From contig OZ251232.1 of assembly GCA_965240325.2 (NCBI GenBank), positions 1,860,001-1,924,000 of the forward strand: a stretch of 64,000 nucleotides of DNA, written 5' to 3'. Below the pieces are notes generated by a model. That model ran no database searches, was not told the origin of the DNA, and was given only the letters and a program-made list of their open reading frames with translations. Positions 1-10,543 of this stretch are shown piece by piece. This DNA is from Rebecca billardiae RCC1528. Its lineage: Eukaryota > Protista > Haptophyta. Each line of letters opens with the position of its first letter. Positions within the stretch are counted from its first letter, which is position 1. A program made the translations under genes and the position numbers.

Positions 1-753
1 CGCCTCCGGCCGGAGGAGCTGCTGGTCGAGGGCACGACGACCAACTTTGGCCTCGGCCTGCCGATGCCTGACGCGTTCGGCTCGGACGAGCGCGACCCGG
101 CGCGCGCGCGCGCACACGAGCTGCACGAGCAGATGATCGCCGCGAAGGAGGAGGTGAAGCGCGTCCACACAGACCCAGTCGCGATGAAGCGCAAGTCCGC
201 GTGGATGCGCCAGAACAAAGGGCGGCTCGTCGACCGCGTGCGCGGGCCGTGGGCGCCTGACCGGCTCGCCGGGCTGCGCGTACTCGAGCTGCGCGCGGCG
301 TACATTGCGCACGCCAAGGCGGCCGGCGCGCTGACGTGCGACGCGATGCTCGAGCGTGTCGAGCCGCTCCTCGCCAACTTTGGGCTGGTCGGCATCTCGG
401 AGCGGCTGTCCGAGACGCTCGTGCTGCTCGCCGACGAGCTCGGCCTCGTGCAGCTGGGTGGCGCGGGCGCGAATGCCAACGTGCATCCGCACCTCGACAA
501 AGGCTCTGCGGCGTTCGCAGAGATCGCTGCGGTCAACGAGTGCGCCGTGCGCATGTACGAGCACGCATACTCGCGCTTCGACGCGATTGCTCGCTCGCGT
601 GGCAAGGACTTCGCCAAGCGGGCGGCCGCTGTGCACGCCGAGCTGAAGCGCCACCCGGGGAAGATCGTCGTCAAGCGCGCGACAGTGAATGCAACCCCCA
701 AGCAGCTCGCCGAGGGGGTGCCCGGCGAGCTGCCCGCGCACTACCACGACTGA
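1..753 (+). CDS. 5'-partial gene, C-terminal part of a probable sulfotransferase-like protein (Gal-3-O/Sulfotransfer_2-like)
   Basis: Frame is open from base 1 to TGA at 751-753 with strong GC3 codon bias. Motifs FGLVGISERLSETLVLLADELGL and IAAVNECAVRMYEHAYSRF resemble the F-x-VG-x-x-E-x3-ESLVLL and N-x2-D-x2-LY patterns of Golgi sulfotransferases. Confidence 0.5.
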   Translation, partial: RLRPEELLVEGTTTNFGLGLPMPDAFGSDERDPARARAHELHEQMIAAKEEVKRVHTDPVAMKRKSAWMRQNKGRLVDRVRGPWAPDRLAGLRVLELRAAYIAHAKAAGALTCDAMLERVEPLLANFGLVGISERLSETLVLLADELGLVQLGGAGANANVHPHLDKGSAAFAEIAAVNECAVRMYEHAYSRFDAIARSRGKDFAKRAAAVHAELKRHPGKIVVKRATVNATPKQLAEGVPGELPAHYHD

Positions 754-1633
754 CGAGCCCGTTGGGCGCACAGCGCGTCCCGACTCCGAGGAGGGCTTCC
801 CCAGGCTGCCTTGCTCCCAGGCAGCCAGGCTGCGGGACCCCGGGAGCAGCAGCCATCGTGGTCACGTTCTTCCTGTTGTCTCATCGTCATTTTTCGCGCA
901 GCTGTCGTCGAAACATTGACGGCCGTGACGGCCCGCCGGCTTGACACGTGTCCTGGCAGTGACGCTTCCCGAACGTGCAGCGCCCAGACAAGACATACTG
1001 TCATCACCCTCTGGGTGATGGCGCCCCGGCTGCGGCGTCTGGGCATGAGGGCGCGGCGTCGGCGACGACCGACGAGGTCGTGGGCGCGCTCTTCGCGGGC
1101 CCACTCGTCCCGATGGGGCGTGGGGCCGCGCCTGGCCCTGTTCACAAGGTGTTTGTGTTCGGGGCAGGCGAAGGCTCTGTGCCACAACCGGGGTAGGTGG
1201 GCAGACAGGGGCTGGCGGCAGCCGAGAGGGGCCGCTTTCCCCCGCCCCCGCTGCTGCGAAGGCGGCGGGGGTGCGCTGCTTGCCTCCGCAGGCGAGCAGC
1301 GCGCAGTTTACGCCGGGCATGTGGACCTGCCCACCCTTCATCTTCCAGTTCTTCCCTTCGGCTGGGGCTCGATCAGTCGACGTGGCGTCGCTCACAGCGC
1401 AGGCAGGTGTTTGGCGCGGCTGCACTCTCGAGGTGGCTGGGATACAACATCCAGGTGCAGCACCCTCCCCGTGTGGTGTCAGAGCGCGCTCCCGAGCGCG
1501 TGCCTCCGAGCGCGGGGCGGCCGCTTGCTGCAATGGCCGCCTCGATGAGGTGCGGCAACGCGCCCCTCACCTGCCTGCGCCGGTCTGTTTTGTGGCGGTG
1601 TCTTTGTGCAGTGTTGGATGGCGTCAATCACGC

Positions 1634-1669
1634 CTTAACCAAGTGTGCACGTTAAAACATAGTAAACTG
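1634..1669 (-). mobile_element. Isolated Tc1/pogo-like terminal inverted repeat (right end), followed by TA
   Basis: Reverse complement CAGTTTACTATGTTTTAACGTGCACACTTGGTTAAG is identical over 36 bp to 32320-32355. Both copies are flanked by TA and start with CAGT. Confidence 0.55.
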
Positions 1670-1848
1670 TAGCCGGTGGAGGGTCCTCCGCAGAAACGCA
1701 GCTGTCAGCGTCCGCGAACAGCCAGTTTCGCACGAGCCGGAAATTCAGCAGGCGGAGAATCTCGATGCCACCCCACCGGTTCGGAGACGTGTCGCGGCCG
1801 CCGCCAGATTATTCGCGACAGCAGCAGCAGCCAGCGTTCGGTAGCAGC

Positions 1849-2364
1849 ATGGTGAGCTGCGCGAAGGAGCCGTGCACCGCGGAGGAATCCACGTCACAGC
1901 CCGCTGACGAGGCTCCCACGACCCCTGTGCACGCGCGCAGTCGATTCCTGCAGGTGACGCGGCGAAGGGCGCGAAAATCTTTAAGGTCAAGTGCGCCACG
2001 TGCCACACGATCGAGAAGGTGAGCGCGGTGCGGATGGCGGCCGTCATTAGCGGTCGCATCGCGTGCTCACGCACGGTCTGCCCGCGACGTGGCGTGCACG
2101 TGCGATGTGCGCGCGCAGGGTGGCGCCAGCAAGACGGGGCCCAACCTTCACGGCCTGTTCGGCCGCACCTCGGGCACGGTGGAGGGCTACTCGTACACGC
2201 AGGCGAACCGGGATAAGGGCGTGACCTGGAACGACCAGACGCTCTTCGACTACCTGGAGAACCCGAAGAAGTACATCCCGGGCACGAAGATGGCGTTTGC
2301 TGGCTTCAAGAAGCCGCAGGAGCGTGCGGATGTGATCGCCTACCTCAAGGGGGCGACTGCTTAG
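1849..2364 (+). CDS. CYCS: Mitochondrial cytochrome c, join(1849..1851,1941..2018,2119..2364), 108 aa
   Basis: Spliced product [43 protein letters not shown]...[18 protein letters not shown] has the CXXCH haem motif and the Met80 motif. Introns 1852-1940 and 2019-2118 are GT-AG with branch-like GCTGAC/GCTCAC. Confidence 0.97.
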
Positions 2365-2739
2365 AGTGCTAGAGGTGCGGTGGCAGCATGCCCGCTGCAT
2401 CTTGATTCTTGGACAGCGCCGCGCACCTTCGGGTGTGTCAGACGAGTTTCAGAGCGTCCTCGTACGCCTGGCATGCAGTTTCCTGAGCGGGCGGCGTGCG
2501 CAGCTCAGCTAGCGACCTGCGCGTGTGGTCGAGCTGCTTCGCGCTGCCGGCGCTGCCAGACGATATCCATGATGATCCGCATGACGGTCCCGCGGACTCC
2601 GGATCCCGCGGATCCGGTCCGAACGTCAACGTGTCACGTGAACCAGAACGGGTTACGGGTGCGTACCGTGTTCGGGCTGCAAGTGCACGAGGTAGGCGGA
2701 GGTAGCCACTGGGCCTGCAGGGCACTTCCTGACCACGTG

Positions 2740-2780
2740 ATATATATATAGTATATATATATACTTAATATATATATATA
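2740..2780. repeat. Interrupted (TA)n microsatellite
   Basis: Direct reading. Confidence 0.9.
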
Positions 2781-3182
2781 TTAACGACGTGGTATGCAAC
2801 GGGCAGGCGTCCGAAGAGTCAGCAAGCTGTAGCGGCAGATCGAGCAGCAGAGACAAACACCAGGATCAGCGCTCCTCGCCGTCGTCCCCCCCCCCTCGTA
2901 GTCGCCCATCATAGATTCATATTGCTGATCAGACCAATATATTTAAAATATAATATAATAATATATATAATTCATTATTCGTCAGTCACCACCGGCCTCA
3001 TGCGCGAGTATTCACGGCCGTTCATGTGCCGCGAACGTACGGCGGGTCACTGACTCTGTCTCTGAGCAGCCATCAAACTCAAAGTGTTGGGACCGCACTC
3101 GGCCTCGGGTCGGGAGTGATGGGAGGGCGGCGACCTCATCCGCCAACGGCAACGGCCGCAACGGGAGCCGAGGCAAACGCGT

Positions 3183-4442
3183 TCAGCTCGCAGCGTTGCC
3201 TCGGTCCGAGAAGCCACCGTGCTGAGCTGCAGCCCCCATCGCGCCAATGCCAATGGTAGGCCCGGCCACGCCAGGCCGCCTGCGCGGGACAGGACCACCC
3301 GTGGTGGCAATGGCGCCCAGGGCAGCTCGTGCAGCTGGCGCCGCGCGTACCGTGGGGCGAGTACCGCCGGCGGCCGGGCGGTTCCCAAAGACGAGCTGCG
3401 CGGCGTGCTCGGTCCGGCGCACGCGGATGTCGCCGTGCGTCGCGTTCGCCTCCCAGCTGCGCATGCCGGAGCGCCACCAGTACCTCCGAGCGCGCTTCGA
3501 GTCCACCGTGCCGTTCTCCGCGTCGCGCCACAGCGTGAGCCACAGGGGGTCAGCCGCCAGGTGGTACATCTTCATCGGGTGCATCACCACCGCCGAACGC
3601 TGGGCCGCTGCACGGTGGCGAGGCCGGAGCTTGGTGATGGTGCGCATGTACACGACCGCCTCGCCGGCGTGCACGAAGACAAACGGCCGCGGCGAGCACT
3701 CGCGGATGACCCGCCCTTGGATGCCGTCGCAGTCATCGGGCGCGCCGGGCACGAAGAGCTGGTGCAGCGCCCACCTGCCGAGCCACGTGCAGTTGATCAC
3801 GTCGAGCGCAAGCGCGCGAGAGCGCACCTCGATCGGTCCCGAGGCGAAGATCATTGGCCGATTGTTTGCCAGCTCGGCCGCCGAGTGCGGTCCCGTGCCT
3901 GGCATGCCCTTGGGCGGCATCCTTGCGGCACACTGCCTGTCTGCGAGCGCCTGTCCGGCGTCGGGCGCGCCCGGCACGGCATCGCTGCCGAAGCACTTGG
4001 ACATGGCCCACATGATCTGGCCCCAGTACACGCGCTCCACATCCACGAGCGGCAGCAGAGCGTCGACAAGCCGAGGACCAAACACGAGCGAGTCATCCTC
4101 CACCTTGGCGTAGAACGGCACGCGCGGGAAGCGGTCGATGGCCCACAGGTAGAATGCGTGCGTCTTCCACGCGCAGTCCGCCTGCTTGGCGCGCTTGCCA
4201 CGCTCGGGCACGTCGAGCAGCACGCCGTCCTTGTGCGCGGCCATCTCGGCGGCGATCGACAGGGCAGACGGCTGGTCAGCGTTCCGGCCGTGCAGGAAGC
4301 GCATGAGGAAGGCATCGCCATGCAAGGGGTCCGCCATCGTCGTCTCACGGATGAGCTGCCGGCGCACTGTCCGCATGGGCGGCGTCACCACGCCGATGAG
4401 CACGACGAGGCTGGGCCTGAGCTGCTTGATGCCGGGCGTCAT
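3183..4442 (-). CDS. GT31-family beta-1,3-galactosyltransferase-like protein (no N-terminal anchor visible)
   Basis: Motifs VLIGVVT..RRQLIRET, FLMRFLHG, EMAAHKDGVLLD, KTHAFYLWA, FYAKVEDDSLV (DxD-like) and RVYWG occur in the GT31 order. Confidence 0.8.
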   Translation of the reverse strand: MTPGIKQLRPSLVVLIGVVTPPMRTVRRQLIRETTMADPLHGDAFLMRFLHGRNADQPSALSIAAEMAAHKDGVLLDVPERGKRAKQADCAWKTHAFYLWAIDRFPRVPFYAKVEDDSLVFGPRLVDALLPLVDVERVYWGQIMWAMSKCFGSDAVPGAPDAGQALADRQCAARMPPKGMPGTGPHSAAELANNRPMIFASGPIEVRSRALALDVINCTWLGRWALHQLFVPGAPDDCDGIQGRVIRECSPRPFVFVHAGEAVVYMRTITKLRPRHRAAAQRSAVVMHPMKMYHLAADPLWLTLWRDAENGTVDSKRARRYWWRSGMRSWEANATHGDIRVRRTEHAAQLVFGNRPAAGGTRPTVRAAPAARAALGAIATTGGPVPRRRPGVAGPTIGIGAMGAAAQHGGFSDRGNAAS

Positions 4443-4466
4443 GCTGCTTTATATATATATATATAT

Positions 4467-4899
4467 ATTTAACGACGTGGCAGCATCGGACAAGCGTCAG
4501 GCTCAGAGTGCAACAGACACATAGAATGCGTCCGCGCCTTCCGTCCAGGTCAGACAGTGCGCCACACGCAGCCCTGCCCCCCTACGGGAGCGGGGCCGGG
4601 ATGGAGCACCGCCTCGGCCTGGGGCACGCGGCGGCGACGGCAGATGCCGCCGCGGCCGAGCGCCTTCCGGAGCACTTGGATGAGGGTGAGGTCGTAGTCG
4701 ATGTCGCCGCCCGCCGACCTAGCGGCGAGCAGCTCCGGCAAGCGGCAGCCGCGGCTGTCGCCCCCGTGCGCCCGCGTGGGCGCCTGGATGAGGATGAGGT
4801 CGTAGTACGCGTCGCCGCGCGCCGGCCAAGCGGCGCGCAGCTGCAGAAGAGGGGCTTGGAGAGTGAGCGCGCCGCCTAGCGCGCTCTGGGCGATGAAGC

Positions 4900-4901
<2 letters not shown>
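4467..4901. mobile_element. Small repeat-family fragment between two (TA)n tracts
   Basis: Starts ATTTAACGAC plus a hairpin and contains CATAGAATGCGTCC (4520). 4781-4809 is the exact reverse complement of 51731-51759. Confidence 0.5.

Positions 4902-4991
<90 letters not shown>
4902..4991. repeat. (TA)n microsatellite, ~90 bp
   Basis: Direct reading. Confidence 0.98.
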
Positions 4992-4994
<3 letters not shown>

Positions 4995-5268
4995 CCTTTT
5001 CCGGATATTATTTTGTTGTCTTTATGAGTGAAGTTACTCACACGAACCTACTTCTAGTAATCTCAGAGGATCTCAGATTCCGTTAAACCGTCTTATTATG
5101 AATCGCCAGAATCGGTATGATACCATAAGCTCGAGAGTGATCTCGGCGACGTTACTGCCTCTTAAGCCAATATTATAGGGGTATGAGCCACGTCGAGCCG
5201 AGCCCACACAAACCTGCGGTAGATACCTGAGGAGCGCGGCCGCCCGGGCACCGCGGCCATCAAAGCCT

Positions 5269-8200
5269 ATGGCGCAGCCGCGGCGCTCAAACGCGGCAGA
5301 TGAGCTCTTGCTGATCACCGATCCGGGGCCGGATCCAGATGACATCAAGGTCCGCGCCGCGCCTCTCCTTACCAATCCATCGCCCCGCTCAGCCCTTCTG
5401 TACGCCATGCCTTTGCCTGGGAGCTTATGGTTTGCGCCGGCGCGTGCGTTGTGCGCCCGCAGGCCATCCTGGTGTGTGGCATCCTGCACAAGCATGGCGA
5501 TCTGACTCTGCGCGGGCTTGTCTGCAACGGCGGGATGCAGGCGCGCGAACGCGCGCGCGTGGCCAAGGCGCTGCTGTTCACCATCGGCGAGAGCGATGTG
5601 CCCGTCGCCGTCGGCTCCGCCGGCGTGCCGTACGCGCCGCAGCCGCACGAGTACATGGTGCCGGCCGTGGATCGAATCGGCGATGCGCAGCTCGATGAGG
5701 GGCACGCGCTCCTGCTCCGCATCCTCCGAGAGGCCTCCCCGCGCTCCCTCACCGTCGTGTGCATCTCGTCGCTGCGCGACTTTGCGGATGTGATCGTGGC
5801 CGAGCCCGAGCTGGTCGTGCAGAACGTCAAGGTGGTGGCGATCATGGGCGGCGTGGAGGCGGACGCGAGCGCGGCGTACGGCTGGCGGCCGGACACGAGC
5901 GTGAACAACAGCTTCGACGCCGAGGCGGCCGCCATCGTGTACGACTTTTGCTTCGAGCGCGGCGTGCCCATGCGGGTGACGAGCAGGAACGCGGTGCCGC
6001 TGCTGCCCATGCAGGTCCGCTGCTGCCCCGCGGAGCGCGGCGCGACGGACGCGCCCGTGCGCCGCGCGCACTGTGCAACGCTGACGCGCACGTGCCGGAC
6101 GCGCGCGCGCGCGCGCGCGCGCACGCGCACGCACGCCCCGCGCGCCCGCAGCTCGCCAAGTCCTTTGCCGAGCGCACGCACTGCCCAGTGCTGCAGTACC
6201 TCGCGGACGCGCAGTTCCTCGGGCTGGTGGGGCTGTGGCAGAAGCTGTGCGAGGGCCGCCTCCCCGCGCGCTGCACCAAGCAGTGGTACTTTGAGACCTT
6301 CTGCGGCGTGCCGGCCGACGAGTTTGGCGCGCGCAAGCTGGGCGCGCTCGCGGCGGACGCGGACATCATGGCCCACCTCAACGGTTTCGTCAAGCCGTAC
6401 GACGTGGTGGCGCTGATGACGGTGCTGCCGCACACGAAGCGCGTCTTCTCCTCGAGCGCGGAGGTGACGGTGAATGGGACGCGCCACCTCCTCCTCCTCG
6501 ACGCCGCGCACATGGCCAGCCCCGTCGAGGTGAGCCGGCTGCTGCGGGATACGTGCCACGAGGTTGCAATCTCGTGCAAGCTCGGCGCGCACGCGCTCCC
6601 CGCGCAGCGGAGCGCGGACGCGAGCTTCGACGGCGGCGAAGCCGAGCCGGGCTTCCGCCATGGTGGGCCCCTTCGGAGCAAGCTCGGCGGCGCGAAGAGC
6701 CCGGCGGCGCTCCGCTCGCTCCGGCCCAGCAGCAGCCTGCTGGCCGTGGACGGCAGCGCGCCCGGCGGCAGCTCGGCGCTCGGCTTTGAGCGGCGGCTGC
6801 GCGGCGCCGTCGCGGTGGGCAACCAGCTGATGGTGCGCACGTCGCGAGCCTCCACGATGTCGAGCGGCCCGACGCCGGTCTCGGCCAGCCGCTTCACGAG
6901 AGCGGCCGGCGCGGCAGGCACGCGCATACGCTCGGGCTCGCTCCGCGCGCGGAGCAGGCTGGCGCCCACACCGGCCTCGCCCAGCAGCTCGCGCGCCACA
7001 CGCTCGACGCGCGGCGCCTCCGCGCGCACAGCCTCGCCGAGCGTGCGCTCGCGCTCGGGGCGCTCGGGGCGCTCGGGGCGCTCGGGACGCTCGGAGTACT
7101 CGCGGGCGTCCCGGGCTGCGCCACGCGAGCGCGAGTGCAGGCCGCTCAGCGCGGCGGAGACGGTGCAGCGCCTCGAGATGGGCGTGTTCCAGGCGCACGC
7201 GCAGCAGCTGCGCGCACTCCGCCGCACGCTCGGCGCGGCGCTCGGCGCGGCGCTGATCAGCGCGGCGTGGCTGCTGGTCGAGGAGCACGTCGTGCTCGCG
7301 GTGGGCGCGCGGTCGGGGACGGGCCTCCACGGCGCGCGGGGCGGCACGACCTCGCTGCTCGTCACCGCGCCCGTGCCCGTGCACGTCGGCCTGCTGCGCA
7401 TCGCCGGCGCAGTGTCCCTCGTGGCGATGCTGCTGGCGCTCCACCCCGTCCAGTCGGAGGCGAGCGCGATCCGCGGCGCCGCGGTGGTGCTCTCGGTGCT
7501 GGACGCGTGCCGCGCGACGGTGCACGTGCACGCGCTGGCGGTGCTCATGCGCGCCGAGCCGGCGCACCCCGTGCTCGTCGGCGCGAACGGCGCGTCGGTG
7601 CTCATCCTCCTGACCACCTCGCTCGCGCTGCTGCTCGGCGCCGCGCTGCTCGCGCACGACTTCCGCCACCTGCTGCGGCTCACGTGGGCGGCGGCGGCGC
7701 TCGGCCAGTGCCTGTTCGGCGCGTGCTGGCTGGCCGCATCGCTCGTCCTCGCGCTCGAGCCGCCAGCGCTCTGGACGAGCGATGGCACGCCCGGGCTGGT
7801 CGTTGACCCGCTCGTCCTCAGCGGCCACGTCCTGGCGATCGTGCTCGGCGGGACGCTCGTCCTCCCGCGCGCGCGCCGGCTCTGCCAGAGCTGGATCGCG
7901 CGCTCGCTCGGCGGCGGCGGGCCGCTCGCGGGCCTGGCTCCGCTGCTCGGGTACAACACGCCGGGCAAGACGGAGGCGGAGCCGCTGGACGTGGTGAACG
8001 GCGCGCGCGAGACGATCCGCGCGATCACGCTCGACGAGCCGACGCTGCGCAAGCTCACGATGGCGTACACGCCGCCCTCGGCGGGCGCGGACGCGTCGGT
8101 CGAGGAGTCGGTGCTGGTGCCGCTGCACGCCTCGGTCGACAGCATTGCCGCGCTCTCGGACGCCACCCAGCCGACGGCGGAGACGGCCTCGCCGTCGGCG

Positions 8201-9982
8201 GCGCGTGCGTCGGCCGACAGCCTGACGCCGGTGGAGCGGTTGGGCCCGGGCCCCTCGCCGACGCAAACTGTGCAGGCTGGGCGCAGCTCGCTCGGGTCGT
8301 CTGCGTGGCTGTCGCCGCCGCCGGGCGCGCGGCGCGAGGCGCGCAGCTCGTCCTGCAGCCCAGACGCGCTCTCTCGGGCGGTGTCGTTCGCAAGCCGGAA
8401 GGAGTCAGACAGCAGCTGCCCTTCGGCCGACACGTGCCGCGAGCGGGCCCCGAGCACGCCGAAGGCGCGCATCGTCGGCAGCTGGCGCAAGCCGCGCCCG
8501 TCGGACGCGCCCTCCGACATCGCCATCGACTACTTTGTGGTCGACGCGTGGGCGGACGACCCGCACGCGCGGCACGCGGCGCTGAGCAAGTGGGCGGCCG
8601 CGTTCGAGGCGCGCGAGGGGCGGCGGCCGCGGGTGTGGATCGAGTGCGCGTGCTCCGACCCGTCGCTCTCGGCGTGCGAGCGCCTCTCGCGCCTCCCTGT
8701 CTACGCCGGCTGCTGCTCGCGCCTGCTGCTGCTGTGCGGCCCGTTGGCGTCGACGCAGATGGCGTTTGCCGTCGCGCTGTACGCGTGGCGCGCGATGGGC
8801 GGCCGGAGCGTCGACGCCGAGGTGGTGCTGCTCGGCGACGCCGAGGCGGAGCAGGCCGCGGCGCTCGCGGGCCTCGACACGTTCCACGCGATGTGGTGCG
8901 TCGAGCCGAACGCAAGCGTGCGCGCCAAGCTCGTCCGCGCCATCGAGCTCGCCGGCGTCGGCCGCGTGAACGAGGTCGTGCGCGAATTCGTGCCGCTCGC
9001 GCACCAGTGCGTGCGCACGGCGGCGGCGGAGCGCGAGCGGTCTGCCGCGGCGCAGGGCGGCGCGGCTGACGGGCGGGCGGCGGCGGGCGCGCTCGACGGC
9101 GCGAGGACGCCCAAGGACAAGGGCAGCAGCGCAGAATCGAAGCGGGCAGGAGCGAGCGCGGACTGGGCGCCCAGGCTCAACCGGATGCGCACTCGCACCT
9201 TCTCGTCCTCACACGGAATCGTCAGGCGCGCGCGCGGGCTCACGCAGCCGCTGCACGAAGCCTCGCCGGTTGCGCACCAGCGTGTGCACACGGCGGCGGC
9301 GCAGCGCGAGCGGTCTGCCGCGGCGGAGGGCGGCGCGGCTGACGGGCGGGCGGCGGCGGGCGCGCTCGACGGCGCGAGGACGCCCAAGGACAAGGGCAGC
9401 AGCGCAGACGGGAGGTGGAAAGGAGCGAGCGCAGACTGGGCGCTCAGCCTCAACAAGACGAGGTGCTCAATCGGGTGCGCGCTGCCGCACTCGCTGCACG
9501 AGGCCTCCCCGGGCAGGCGCGGCCGGCTGCCGCGCTCGAGGGCGACGCGCGCGCGCACCGTGGCGGAGATGTCGCACACGACGCCTCCAGCCGATCAAGC
9601 GGACTCGTCGCGGCCGGCACCTCCTCGATCTTCCGAGGGCTCGGACGCGTCGGAGCCGCTGAGGGCGGACGAGCGCATCTCCATCACGCCGGCTAGTCCG
9701 ACACCGCGGCGCTCGGAGGGGTCGGGCCAGCCGTCCTCGGTCACGCTCGTGGTGCCGATCACGACAAAGGCCGCCGAGCACGGCGCGGCCGTGCAGGTCA
9801 AGGTGATGTCACAGTCGTCTCACTGGTCTCGTCGGCTGAGCCCGCTGACGGGGTCGTCGGGTTTCGACGACGACGGTTACGATGACGACGATCATGATGC
9901 CGACTGTGACGACTGCTCCGACGACGTGCCCTCCGCCGAGGACTGCCAGCACCCCGCCTATTCCACGCACATGCATCTGACA

Positions 9983-9985
<3 letters not shown>
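5269..9985 (+). CDS. Nucleoside hydrolase (IUNH-like) + ~6 TM + degenerate TIR-like domain protein, join(5269..5349,5463..6014,6152..9985), ~1488 aa
   Basis: N-terminal LLITDPGPDPDD, NNSFDAEAA and YDVVA are nucleoside hydrolase motifs. Phase-0 GT-AG introns 5350-5462 and 6015-6151 join three ORF-track frames. Hydrophobic helices lie at ~7225-7870. YFVVDAWAD..WAAAF..GRRPRVWIECAC..LPVYAGCCSRLLLLCGP at ~8525-9000 resembles TIR-like domains. Confidence 0.75.
9000..9452 (+). repeat. Intragenic ~180-bp duplication (9000-9180 vs 9272-9452)
   Basis: Both copies encode AHQxVxTAAAxRERSAAAxGGAADGRAAAGALDGARTPKDKGSSA. Confidence 0.85.

Positions 9986-10068
<83 letters not shown>
9986..10068. repeat. (TA)n microsatellite, left half of an element insertion site
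   Basis: The TA tract resumes at 18704 after the element. Confidence 0.95.
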
Positions 10069-10071
<3 letters not shown>

Positions 10072-10543
10072 GGGTTATTGGCACAATAACTGATTGTCTA
10101 AGAGGACGGTGGGAGCGCAATGCGCCGTATCAACACCTGCCTGCCATTCGGCCCGAGCCAGGCGGCCGAGCTCAAGTCCGGCCGCCATCTTGGCCACCCT
10201 CTTCTCGTGCCACGAGGGACTTTTGAGCCTGCTCTGTGCTCTCGCACAACGACCCCGAACAACCTACTCGCTGTGATGCTCCTGGGCCTTAGGCAAATAG
10301 GCAAGGTTGGCGGCGGCACAGGACGGCCAATTGGTGAACTGGGTTTTTCATCAGGCGCCGAGCGAACCGACGCAGTCCAGTGCCTCTCGCTCACTCGCAG
10401 CGAACGCCCTTCGGAAGTGCCCACTGGCATGATGGCTGCAGCTGTTTCCGGGCCCGCATCTTCGCGATACCCTCTGCACGATGGTGCTTCGTGCCTTGCT
10501 CTCATGCGGCTTAGCGGCTCTCGAGCTGCGCCTTCTAAGCTGC

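Noticed and set aside
5369-8526. 965-aa and 894-aa minus-strand ORFs
   Set aside because: Antisense shadows of the GC3-biased plus-strand gene.
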